Assembly: GCA_964187785.1 (NCBI GenBank)
Contig: OZ076409.1
Span: 49,850,001 to 49,914,000, forward strand
DNA: 64,000 nt
Reading direction: 5' to 3'
Origin: Amphiscolops sp. MND2022
Lineage: Eukaryota
Of this stretch, positions 25,101 to 37,349 are shown piece by piece (within the stretch, counting starts at the first letter, position 1; every line of letters starts with the position of its first letter). Below the pieces are notes generated by a model. The model searched no databases and was not told where the DNA came from. It saw only the letters and a program-made list of their open reading frames with translations. Both the position numbers and the translations under genes were made by a program.

Positions 25101-25960
25101 AGTATCATGAAGGCGCTGCGTGGTTTTGACGAGAGTCCTCGACGGGCTTTCCTTCGTGAATGTCAAGGATATTTATTGGAGTTCCTGAAAGTTCTTGGCT
25201 CGTGTTCTTATGCCAAGTCTCGTATTGCGCGATCACTCAGTTGTCTTAGTGTCGACATGTTATTGGGTGGTGACGCTGAGTATGTTGTGGATTTGTTCCA
25301 AGACCTTGTCCTCTGCCTCCAGGAATCGGGATGTCTGGGCGATGTGGAATGGGATGCTGCCATGAACGAGTTTAAATCCCTGGTTATAGATTTACGTCAG
25401 CGGGGTGTTGATTGTTCGCAGATCTCTGATGTCTTCAAATATCTGGAGGGACTTGAGAGTTTCCAGTGTCGGGGCTTTGTAAAGCAAGTTGTGCGGCTGG
25501 TCCGAGTCCTGCTCCTAAGTCATTGCCTCCTGTTGATATTTCGACTAGCGGGACAAGTTTGCCTCCTTCTGTGATCCGGTCAGTTCTCCGAAGTGTACAG
25601 TCATTTGTACTACATCCTAAATTCATGTCTTCCGATTTGCTGACTGTAGAATGTCTGGAGGAGTTGAAAATGAATCTGCCGAATGGTCCTCAGTTCTTGG
25701 GTTGTGGCGCCTTCAATCCATGGGTTGGTGTGAGTCGGCATCCCATTGAAGAGATCTGCAACAGTCTGTTTGAGTGTTACAACGCCTATTATTCTGGGCA
25801 ATTGAATGACTGGCGGACTCGGACGTCGTCTAGTGCTGTAGTGCCTTCGAGTTCTACTGTTGGTCGTGCCTCTGTGGAGTGTAGTCAGCCTGGGTCGTGT
25901 TCGTCATCTCAGACGGGAAAAGGAGGTAAACGTGCTGTGCGTCAAGGGAAATCCTGTTGA
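22121..25960 (+). CDS. Antisense 5-exon gene in element B encoding a ~1100-aa hAT-transposase-like protein with BED-like zinc finger (this copy probably damaged)
   Basis: Exons 22121-22478, 22562-22792, 22899-23102, 23242-23370 and 23536-25960 join in frame through four phase-1 introns. Three are canonical GT-AG; the fourth reads CTGAGT..AA. CSVC..RHFKCKGH finger; frameshift near 25505; AATAAA at 26082. Confidence 0.75.
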
Positions 25961-26290
25961 AAACTATTTGAAACTAAACTTTGATAGATGACTTTGATTT
26001 ATTTTCTTTGTTGTTTCTTTTATTGTGTAGCCATTGTTTTGATATAAGGTTCCGTCTGTCGGTTCCGTTGTTAGAGAAAGGAATAAAATTCGATCAATTA
26101 TGCTCTGGTAGTATGGAGCAAAAGAAAAAGGTTGAGGCAGCTCGGTGGTCCACTGGGTTATTCAATTTAGTATTTAGCCTCTGTATTGTTTTCATCCGAG
26201 TCGTAGAGTAAAGAGTAAAAAGTTTTGAGAGAGAGGGAGCCAGTACGAATTGAGGATATTTGATATTGAGTCACAGAATGGCCGTCCAGG

Positions 26291-29200
26291 TTAGCGCCTG
26301 GGGCCTTTTCGGTTTTCTGATCTCGGGCCACCGTCGGGGCCGAGGTCCGCTAGGATCTGTATTTCTGGGCCGTCGTCTAGGCCTTCGTTCTGATTTACGG
26401 AATTTTCAGAGTTTATCTCTAAGGCGTTGTAATATGCAAAATCTGGTTTCCAATTTGAAGCTGGGTTTCGTCGGAGATTGTAATGGGATTTTCGGGGGGA
26501 TTTAGGAACGGGTGTATGATCTTCGGGTTCATCTTCTGTATCTAGGACTGGGTCATTTGTCTGGCTTCCTGGGTGGTTACTATTGCTTTCAGGCCTGTGC
26601 ATTGGGTCGGGGTTCAAAGGGCTGGGGTACGTAAGGGCATCGTTTGTTTCCGGTGCCTGGGGTATTACTTCGGGTTCGGGTGACTGGTTATTTTCGGGGT
26701 GGGTAGGGGGTTCTTGATAAAGTTCTTGCCAAGCCATTGCGAAGAGGTCATCGTGCAGTATGATTACCTCTGTGTCCTGCTGGAAATCTTTAGGCGAAAC
26801 TGAGATGTCAGGCAGTTTGTGGCTGCTTGCGAATGGCCATAGTCTGATTCTGTGCAGGATCTTGGTGAGGTTCGTTGGAGTTTTCGGATTAAATAATTAT
26901 TATTGGGTAGGGCTTTGACAACGATATATGGTCCCGTCCAAAGGTATTCCCGAAACGGCAGTTTTGTCGCTTGGCTATGCGCCTTTGGATGCAATGCATA
27001 GCAGTAGTCGTTTACTACCGGTGGATTTGCTGATGCCTTTCTGTCGTAATAGCGTTTATGACGTACATAGGCCTGCATCAGTGCTTGCTGACTTTGGTTG
27101 AGGATTTGTCGTGTTTGCTGCAACACTTCTTCGGCTATTTCGTGATTGATTGGGGCGGGGGCTGTGGTTTGCGTCCATATTTCAGGTCGAGTACGTTGTA
27201 GGGCACTCTTCTGTGAAACACCCTGCTAGGTTCGCTGCCTAGGGATGTGTGGTATGAGGTAATGTAGTTCAATACTGCCATCGGTAGGAATTGATGCCAC
27301 ATAGTGCGTCGTTCTTCTGTCATGATTTTGAGACTTTCTTTCAGGGAGGCGTGAGTCCTCTCTAGGATGCCGATCGTCTGGGCATGTTTTGTGGTGGCGT
27401 GTTTCAATTGGATTCCATATGCTGTTGTGGTTTGATGCATTGCTTCTGATATAAACTGGGATCCTTTGTCGGTTATTATTGTTGTGGGTAAGTAGCAATG
27501 CCTGGTTATGATGTCTGTGAGGACTCGTGTGACTGTCCTGGTATCGATTCTGGTGACACTGTATGCGAATAGATATCTGGAAAACACGTCCATTGCAGTA
27601 ATGACTGCGGTATAGCCTCCTGATGGGTCATCGAAAGGGACTATGTCCATCTGGAGTGCATCTTCGGGTCCCATTGCTACTTTTGACATGTCAATCAGCG
27701 GTGGTGTGATGGTATTATTGGGTGTCCTCTTTGTCTGGGCACATTCCATACAGTCTGCTATGTGGTTAGCTATTCGGGCGGCAAGTCCTGGGAAGTAGTA
27801 CTTCTCGCGGCATTGTTGGATAGTTTTGGCTATTCTCGGGTGTTTTCCATCTTTGCCATGGTGGTATTGTATGAATTCGTCGACTAGTTGTTGGGGGAGC
27901 AGCACTTGTAAATATTTGACTTTTCCAGTGTCCCCAAAATATTGCCTATATAGGAGTCCATCTTTGATGATGATCCTATCTTCTTGGGCTAGGTATTTCG
28001 TTGCTCTGGGATCGTCATTGAGGAGTTGGGTGTCATACGGTTCCTTCAATATTTTGAGCTTGAGGTTTCTGAGGACAGGGTCCTGGTCCTGGTGTGGTCT
28101 TAGGCTGCGAGGAAGATTGGTTTCGTTGTGTAACTGACGCCTTTAATCCTGTTCCGGGTCTTGGATGTTGTTTCAAACCAGGAGCAGATTCTCCGTTTGC
28201 GAGCTTGGTTCGGTTGTATCGATTTGAGAATCAGTTGGCTGTTCTTGGGGGTTATAGATTTTCTTTCGGGCACGTTGTTTGCGTTCCCAGATATCTTCTT
28301 CAGTTTCGGAATCGTCTTCCGGCAAAAAGTAGAATTGATCCTCCTCATGTATATCTGAGGATTGGATGTTCACTTGGATGGGCGTGGTCTGGATATCTTC
28401 TCTGATTTGGAGAAGGACTTTTTCTTTTGGATTGATGTCCAATCGGGAGAGGAAGTCGGCCGCCGTGTTCATCCTTCCTGGCACAAGGGCAATTTTGAAG
28501 TGAAATTGAAGCACAAAATCACAGGCGTTCCACAGGGAGGGTGGGATCATTTTGGTTTGAAAAAACCTTGTGACTGATTTATTGTCTATTAGAACGATGG
28601 TTGGTTTGGAAGAACCCCACCAGATGTGGCTATACTCCATGAAGGCAAAATAAATAGCTAAAAACTCCTTGGCATAAATTGACATTTTCAATTGTGACGG
28701 GGAGAAAGTTTTAGAGCCAAATGCCACGGGGGCATAAGTTTTCTTGGTGGAGGTGAGTTTCTGTTCTGGGTTTTCTTCAGTCATCAAGGCAAATCCAGCG
28801 TTCTTGAACATCGCATCAGTCATTAGGACATACTGCCGGTTTGGCAGCGGCTGTTTGAGCCAGAGGTCACATGCGTTGTCTAACGACTTGTTGATGGCTT
28901 CAAAGTTTGTTATGAGTTCTTGATCTATTTTGGCAGATTTGTCGGATTTGATGAGTTCGTGGAAAGGGGCTATCTTCTCGGATAATCGGGGAATGTAATT
29001 TCTGTAATAGTTCACAAATCCGATGTATCGTTGAAGTCCTTTCTTCGTTCGAGGGAACTTGAGTGTTTGCAAGTTTTTCTGGATCTTGTGGCTCTGGGGT
29101 GCCACTCCTGATGGGGAGATCGTTCGCCCAAGGAATTCGACTTCCTTGGCGCCGAACTGACATTTCGCCATTGTGAGCCGGAGTCCTGCGGCACGGATGC

Positions 29201-31810
29201 ATTGGAAAACCTCTCAAATTGTTTTTCAACTCTTCGGGAGTGTTTGTGGCGATTCCAATGTCGTCCACGTATTGGGCGCATTTGTCCGCCTTTATGGCCT
29301 TGTCCAGGTATTCCCTCATGAAACTTGAGAAGGACGATAGTGAGCGGCTCAGTTCTTGGGCCAGTCTCAGGTACGCAAACGTTCTGCTGGCAAAGTTGAA
29401 GGCTAGGAGCTGGACGGACTTCTGGTCTGCCATCTGCAGTTAGTGTGCTGACCGGATGGTTATTGTTAATATAGTCATCGGAGATCAAGGTATTGATCTT
29501 TCGGAGGTCCACTAGGAGGCGCAGTCGTCCATTCAGTTTGCGCTGGGCGAAGATCGGGCTGGCGTACTTGCTGAACGGGAGGGTTGTTATGATCCCGAAG
29601 TAATGCATTAATGCTAGTTCCACTGTCAAGTCCTCTTTCAAGTTAATAGGGCAGGGCAGGCTTTGCGAGTAGACTGGGTCGTCCGTTTTCGGCGTGAGTT
29701 TGATTTTGAAGTCATGGTTGATTCCGATGTCCAATCGGTGCCTCGCGAAAATGTCATTGAACTCTATCAGTATTTCTTGAATGTCTTTTTGGTCATTTTC
29801 TGTTAGTTGGGAATCATCCCATTTTAAGTTTTTGAGGAATGCTTCTCGGTCTTCTGCGTTGTTGTTGGGGTCCAGCTTCTGGATCTCTTCCAGTTCTTTG
29901 ATTTCCCTCAGTATCCTGCTCTGAATTGGCGTGTGGGTATTTGGGTCTCCAGGATTATCTGGTGTGGGGAACCAAAAGTTTTGACTGTGGGAAGGTTGGT
30001 CAGAAGTTTTCAGGAGTTCGTTGATGTATATTATTGCATCTTCTGAATCGTCCTCCGTGAGTACTTTTAGTGCTGCTGTGTTGAGTGGTTTGAGTTCTTT
30101 GGCTTCTTCGAGTGACATGATTTTGAACTCAGCAACAGTTGTATTCTTTTTTATGGTGTAGGGCGTGGGGGTGGTGTTGGTTACTCTGACGTCAGTTTTC
30201 CGGTTGGAGGCTGTGGATATCGAACTGGCTACGACCAAAGGGACACCGCTGCAATGGTTGGTGGCTGGGTTGATGACACCGGTTGTGTCGATGGTAGATG
30301 TTATGTCCGTGTAGGCGGTGATTGTCTTGGTTGTCTCAGGAGGAAAGGTGAGTGGACTCTTGACTTGTACTTTGTATAGCTTTCTGTTGCGGGTAAATTC
30401 ATCGGTTTCAATCGAGTACGTTAGATGGGGGAAGTGGAGTAGGCCTTGGCTTACATCCAGAATGGCGCTGTTGTTTTTCAGGAATGTGAGGCCGAGTCTT
30501 GGGCCTGTGAGTCGTTTTGCGACGATGAACGTTTCTTTGAAATTCGAGTCCCCGATTTCGAATTGGAGGATTATGGACTTGGTGGGGGTTTCAATGTCGC
30601 CGTTTGCGACTTGGAGTTTGAACGGGGGTGGTTCCAGTTCTTTGACTATGTCCTTGGGGACATCTGGAAGAATTTGTTGTAATCGGTTTCGGAGATGCAG
30701 TTAACCAGTGCTCCGGAGTCGATGAGGGCGTCCAGGGTCAAGTCCTGGAAGTCCATTGGGGCAAATAGCATCTTCTTTTTCTTCTTAAGGGTCACCGCTG
30801 AGAAGATTGGGATGCATTCTTCTTTGGTGATGGGGTCTCTTGTGAGGTATTCTGCAATCTGAGCCATGGGGTAGGACTGGGGTTCGTCCTGTGTCGGTGT
30901 GTCGTTTACAGCACCTGAGGGGGATTCAGATTGCATGTTGGTTTCGGCAGCCGTAATGGGTCGGGGGTCCTCGACTTTATTTGCGGGCTGACTTCTTGGG
31001 GAGGAGGGTGAGGGCGGCGCCTCGTTGTAGGAGAGGGGCTCTAGGAGTAGAGACCTTTTTATTCTCCTTGTTTGCGGTGTGGAGATTGTTATCTCCGTGT
31101 TGGTTGTAGTTTGGGTCAGGTCCACGGCTTCAGTCGTGGTCCTGCTTGTGAGTTTTTGCGTTTGGTGACAGTCTGGTGCCACGTCCATTGTTGGGGCTCG
31201 TACGATTCCGGCTCTGATGGGGTTGGCTGTTTGGTGTTTTGGTGGTGATTGTGGAGCCGTGGTTTGGGATCCATGGTTTTTGAGTATGGACTTTGGCCTG
31301 TTAGTCGATTCGTCGACTAGTATTTCCGTCACTCGTTCTGTGTCTTGGTCGTACTCTGGGACCGGTTGGATGGTTTTCGGTCTGTGGCGTGGTTCTGCTG
31401 ATATATTCATCCCGGTTGTCTTGATCAATTCCTCAAATGGGGTGCACTGCCGTTGTTTAAAGGTTAAAGTCGTTTTGTCGTATATTTTGGGGTTGTGATA
31501 GGGGTCGCAGTTGAAGTCGGGATCATGTATATAGGTTTCAGGGGCAGTAGTTTCGGGTAGTGGTCGTTTTGGAGTGTCGTAGTCGTTCGGGTTGTTAAAG
31601 TACCATTGTGGGTAGTCTTTTTTGGTCATTTTTTGACGGTTGTACTTTTGGAGCCTGTGGATTTGCCATCGTCGCTGCCAGTCGAGAGATGGTTGTTCAC
31701 AGCGCACGGTGATTTCTTCATGGTCGTAAGAGTTTGGGGGTTCCGATGTTGTGAAGTGTCGTGTGTGGACCTTCTTCCCAAACTGAAGATGTGGCGAACT
31801 TAGTTTTTTG
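26291..31810 (-). pseudogene. pol: pol of element B (PR, RT, RNase H, integrase with GPY/F), frameshifted
   Basis: LIDSGA protease; YASPIF..LRLLVDLRKIN and AQYVDD RT; LMTDA..YAKEFLA..NTAADFLSR RNase H; HH..CMEC, LQMDIV, TDKGSQF, LERTH integrase; WTGPYIV. Confidence 0.93.
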
Positions 31811-33261
31811 ACTGATTTGGTTCCTGGGGTTGGTTTTGCAGGCGGCATGTAGCCCATTTGGCTAGTTGCTTGGTTCTGGTACGGCGGCTGGGTCGCTTGG
31901 AAATTGTTTTTGGCATACTGACCTTGTGATTGTGGAGGTATCATGATGTTATTTGGGGACGTGGTTTTGGGGGTTTTCCACCACTGTGGTCGATTTGCCC
32001 AGTTGGCGCCTGAGTAACATTCTTGGGTTGTGTGGCTTTTCTTGCCACAGGTTTCGCATGGATCGACAATTTTGTTGGGACTCTGTTGCCTCTATTGCGA
32101 GCTTCGCGGGCTACTTTCCTGCAGTTTTTGATAACATGGCCGGATTGCCCACATCCGTACCATGGTCCTGACGCTTTGGGAGGATTCAGGGCTTGCTGTG
32201 GGTCTAGTGCATCGATTTGGTGCACTCCTGTTATGTTGGTCTCGTTGGGGGCCAACAGTCCGTTTAACTCTATCTCTCTCTCCAAGTGTTGGACCATCAT
32301 TTCGTAGGATTCAGTTTCTAACCTTGCTTGGTTCAGGACTCGTTTGAGGTGGGTTGGCATTTTGGCGTAGAAGGAGGTCTCGATAAACTTGGGGGCGTCG
32401 TCACCGTATGCTTCTTGAGCCAGTTTTTGATACTGCTCCAAGAAGTCTTGAAAAGTTTGTTGGGATGGGTCAAAATGGAGTTGTTCCCCTTTGCAGCGGG
32501 CTGTCGCGATAGATTGGGGCGGACATATCGTCGTCGGAAGGTCGCGATGATGTCGTCTATGCTGGCACGGTTTGTGTCAGTCATGTTGCGGTAGGTCTGC
32601 AGAGCATCATCCTTGAGTAGGGAGTGGAAATAGTGGATCTGCTCCTCTTCTGAGATGTTGGGATACACTTTGAGGCTGGTCATGAAGAGTCTTCAAAGTG
32701 CTCAAACTTGTCGTTCTTTCCGTTGAATGTGGGCATGGTTGTTGACAATGCCTTGGGCAATCTGGGGAGCCCTATGTTTTGTTGAGTGACATTCCTGAGT
32801 GATTCTAGCAGCTTGTCCACTATGTGATCCGAGTATTTCTGATTTGGAGGCGGTAGGCTCGATGATCGGGGCGGTGCTTCTGTTTGGGGGAACACTCCTG
32901 TCACCATGTGTTGACCCTGAGATGGGTGCAACTCGTTCAACGTAGTTGGCCTTGATGTCGAGGCTTGATTTTCAGGTTCGTAGAGATCTACTATAGGATT
33001 TTCAGATCTAGGCGGGTGGCCGGACAATGAGTCTATTTTTGAAGATAGATTCTCAATCATCTTCAGGATTTCCCTTTGCCCAGTTTCGGCATCTTTTATC
33101 CTTCTACCAACTGATTTTTCGATTTTCTCGGAGATTTCGGAGAAATCACGATCAGAGATACTGGGTACATTTTCAGTCCTTTGGCTAGCTGCTTCAGGTT
33201 CACCTAGTGAGCTGGATACTGAATCCCTTCGGGCTTTCCTTTCAGAGGATCTTTCGGGCAT
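31800..33261 (-). pseudogene. gag: gag of element B, initiating inside the 5' LTR
   Basis: ATG at 33261 within the LTR; MPTFNGKNDKFEHFED capsid-like motif; zinc-knuckle remnants (xYGCGQSGHVIKNC); several frameshifts. Confidence 0.85.
32893..32906 (-). promoter_or_regulatory. Primer binding site TGGTGACAGGAGTG (tRNA-Leu-like)
   Basis: Directly follows the LTR terminal CA; 13 of 14 positions match the familiar tRNA-Leu PBS TGGTGTCAGGAGTG. Confidence 0.75.
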
Positions 33262-35084
33262 TTTGGATTTCAAGTTTACAGGTTCAAACTATTCGACAAG
33301 GAATGAAGAAAGGTTGAGATTTTTAATCTTCAATTGAGTTTTGTAACAAGAGAAACAAAGTTGCTTTACAGTGAGCGGTTATTGAATTTTCAGAATTTAT
33401 CAAAATTATTTTTCAACTGCAAATATTTAACTTTTCCAAGTATATATACTTTTCACCCACGTGAAGCGGGGAAAAATCCGCACCACTTTCACGTTTTATT
33501 CAGCCCGGCGTCCTTCCAAGGCGGAGAAACCGGAAGTTCAGTTCCGCTTTGTCGAACTCAGGCTCTCAGTTTGTTCATGCTTCCCGAGGAAAGCACGCGT
33601 CCACTTCCTGCCTGAGTTGCGACTCCGCTTCCCTTCGCCTCCAATTCCCGCCTTTTCAGGACGCCGAAGCTGAAATCAGCAACAAAATGAGCGATGATTC
33701 AACAATTCGCTCTTAAAAAGCAGGAAAAGTGAAATTAAAGCAACGACAATTATGGAAATTAGAAATTCCCCAAAACGATCTAACTGATTTAAATATTTCT
33801 CCAGATAATAGTTTTTTCAACGAAACTGCACTTAGGCTCGTAAAACCACTCGTGGGGGCATGAAAACACTGATTAGGTATGAAAGGACAAAGCTCGGTCT
33901 CAGGTTGAGGTCCGAGACGATTAGGGCAAAATAACTGATTTCCCAAAAATAGCAACGACTAACAATTTGTGATTTAAATCAACGTGGGATTGCGATTCAG
34001 GTCATTTCTCAATCCTGTTTAAATGGGGATTAATTTTTAAAGGGTAGTACAAATCATTAATAGTGATTAAATAACTCAAGCCAAAGATTCAATTCCCAGG
34101 TCGGGGTCTAGGCCGTGGTTTAATGCATTCAAAGATAAGTATTGCTACATGAATAAATGGTCACAAATTGCATGTAATCAACCACTAATTCTTACGATAC
34201 TGCGTATTTGGATTGTGGTTTCACTGATGAGACGATGGATAATCGGGAGCACCGATATTTTCACTTTTAGGATGGATTTGGACAAACCTGATTTCAGGCC
34301 GGGTCCTGGGCTACAGTTTATTACATTTAATAATCAATCTTGGTTTACATGGGTGAATAGCATTGCACAACACTCTTGACCGTTATTCAATCGTTTTTCA
34401 TTGTGGGTGTTTAGTTATCGGGTAAAAATCATCAACCAAATTAACAATTTCCATTTCTACAATGGATTTTATAAATTTACATTTCAGGCCACTTCCTGGG
34501 CCGCGGTACATTACTTCCAGTTAAAATCAACACAATTCGTACATTACTCAGGGAATTACATGTAAATCATCACATTAGTTGTCTTTGTTTGCATCACCAC
34601 TTTTACATGTAATCATTTAATAGCGAGTTCACTGCTGCATAGTGTTAAATAGCTCATTCCAATTTCAGGCCGCTTGCCAGGCCGCCGCTTCACTGCGCAA
34701 ATCTGAGGCCGGTCGCCAGGCCGCGGTTCCGCCTTCAATCTTTCAAGCCGTTTGCTTAGCGGTGTGATTCTATTATTATTAATTATATAGCACTGTATTA
34801 TTATTATTATTATTAACTGCACTAATAGCTCCGTACTTGTTGGTACATTGTGTGTGTATGTATATATTCTTGCATGAAATTATGTAATTATTAGTATTTA
34901 TACATTTATAAATATAATTTTAGCTCCAAGCTGATTTAAAGTAATAATTTATAAAAGTAATAAATTAGTTGTATATTAGTTTCTTCACTTGCCTTTTCTT
35001 CTGTTTCGGTCTAATTCCAATTTCCTTCTTCGTAGACCGCGCTTCTTGTGTGACAGTTTTCACAGCTTAGCTGGGGCTGTGACA
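32907..35084 (-). repeat. 5' LTR of element B (2178 bp)
   Basis: TGTCACAGCC..GGTCAACACA on the minus strand, followed by the PBS. Confidence 0.95.
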
Positions 35085-37349
35085 GTTTTTAACTTAAAGA
35101 ACGTTAAAAATATCCAAACAACAAAAGGGGAGTTCAGAAAACCCAAAGGGTTTCTGCAACTTCCTAGAAACCTAAAACAATCAGAGCGTGAATATTTGGC
35201 CTGTTTGAAATGTTTTTAGCTCTCATACTAAAAGTCTAATAAAAGTGTTTTTCGATCAGAGACCTCTAGACAAGATTTGAGTGCCTCTCAAGAACAAGAT
35301 TTGAGTACTTCTTCTTCTGCGCGCAGCGCCCCTTTGTAGAATAGCCGTATAAGGAGCAAGTTGGAAGAATGTGGGATGAGATGTGTATTAGTAAATCGTA
35401 ACGGAATGGTGATAACTGTGAAAAATAAACTTTTTCACGACCTGTTTTGACAGGTACTTGATAAATGCTAATGTAGGCTAATTTACTGTGGACTATCAAT
35501 GTTACGTCTCTACCACAGAGATGCTGCCTCAGTCGGAAATAAATAAGACTTCGAAGTATTTCATTGACTGCAACAAATCAAGGGACATTTTTGTCGTTAC
35601 GAATTTTCACTTTCCGAGGTTCTAAGTTTTATATCACTATGATTGTACTTCCAATAAAATAACAGTTCTTCGATACGTCGTATCAAAAAATGTGCTTTCA
35701 TCCAAGTGGTAGACTAAGGCTCTAAGTTACGAGCAGTTGTATATTGACAGTGCCTTTCACCTGAAATGCCTGAAATAGAAGAAATGACCAAAATGCTTTG
35801 TCCCAAATGCAGCAAAAGCAAGTTTGATGTTTTTGAATGATGCTTTGATAGTCCGCCGCATGTAGTTTAGAGTTGCCAAATTTTGTCATATTTTTTAAAA
35901 CTCTCACGAAAACTTCCCTACGAGTATTCCTTAATCTGTATGGTTTTTATCAAGCTGCTTGAAAGAAGCATCCTAAATTTGGCGGCAGTTTTGTGCCTTC
36001 AACTTTTTTGCAGGTTTAATTACGAAAAGTTCAATTTTATATGCTACCAGCTTCTGCTTTAAATACTGGAATTTTTTTCATGCTAGAGACCTGCATACAG
36101 AGTCGGTTTTTTCAAAACCTTGAACATTTAGAAAGCTTCCATTGATAATTCTTGTTAAATTACACCGCAGTTTCCACTATTGTAATGAAAATTTTTTACT
36201 TGATTGCCAACACGGTCACTCGTCTCCATTTTTGTTTGCTTAACTACAAAATGTGATCACTTCATCTAAAATGGCACGGTAAGCATGACGCTAGTTAGCA
36301 ATCAATTACGTGATTGAAGTCATTTTGCAATAAAATGGCGGTAACACTGATTGCAACACTTGTAGTTTTCAAGGCCCAAAATTGCCAGTAAATTTAGTAT
36401 GATTCTTCCAAGCAGCTTGACAAAAGTCGAATCCAACACTGAAAATTTTTACGAATAAAACTTTTCGTTAGAGTAAGAAAAAATATGAGTGCAAGCAAAA
36501 ATAACTAATTCAAATGCTGCTTTTTTCCTATTTTCCAAGAGATTGGCTTCAAACTTGTTTACATGTTGCTTTACTATCCCACAAATTTTTGTACAAACAG
36601 CCTTTGCATGAATGTTCATCCACTACTGCATGAAATTTGAAGTTTGGTTGTGGTTGTTTTCGGACAAGTATCTTACGAGTAGGTTGTAATCATCAATAAT
36701 TTTTTTTCTGAAAAAAAGACATTTCACCAGTTTAACACAGTTTGTTGCCATTTTCTGATTGAAATTTGTTTGGCAAAGTTTGACTTTTTTTCCACGCAAC
36801 ATAGATGGGAATTTTTCCAAACTTGTGCCTAATGGGAGGCTGTTTTCACACCATATTTTGCGAAATCCAGAAGGTGTGATCATAGTTTGTAAGAGTTTGG
36901 CAGTTAACACGAGATACGGTGCTTCTATGAATGCTCGGCATTTTGGAAAATTGAGATAAAGCGACTTTTTGCTAAATAAATTCAAAAAACTTGCTTCGTT
37001 CAGAACAGATTTGAGGCAAAAAAAATCGTGAGAAAATTTTTCAATTAGCTGTCGATTGATATCTTATTTAAGTTTCTAAATACTTTAGAGTCTGAGATTT
37101 TTAATATTATCTGCCTTGGAATTTGCGTAAGAGGTTGCTTTCAAATTTATTTAGATATATATTTATCAGAAGTGAAAGACTTTTCCAACCATTAGTTTAC
37201 CTTTTTTGAACTTCTTTTTGATTCCGTCATTGTTGCAGGACCTAGAGGAGTCCGTTTACTTTCGTTCAATTGTTTGATAGACGGAAGGTTCAAAGAAAAA
37301 ACTCGCAATTTTAGACAATCAATATTGTCAGCAAAGCGCTTGATTTATA

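Larger units (their letters stand above)
19283..35084 (-). mobile_element. Full-length 15.8-kb Ty3/gypsy LTR retrotransposon with ~5 kb extra-gene region (element B), now defective
   Basis: TG..CA LTRs 19283-21366 and 32907-35084, GTTTT TSD at 19278-19282 and 35085-35089, PBS, gag, PR-RT-RH-IN order. Confidence 0.95.

Noticed and set aside
21293..25960. env gene in the extra region of element B
   Set aside because: No signal peptide, furin site or C-terminal transmembrane anchor seen; the large ORF is antisense and has a zinc finger.
27826..32594. Numerous plus-strand ORFs opposite gag-pol of element B
   Set aside because: Shadow frames of the minus-strand coding sequence.
35049..35060. Alternative LTR end at the inner tgtgacagtttt
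   Set aside because: Both LTR copies stay identical to the outer tgtgaca (21366 and 35084), so the outer one is the true end.
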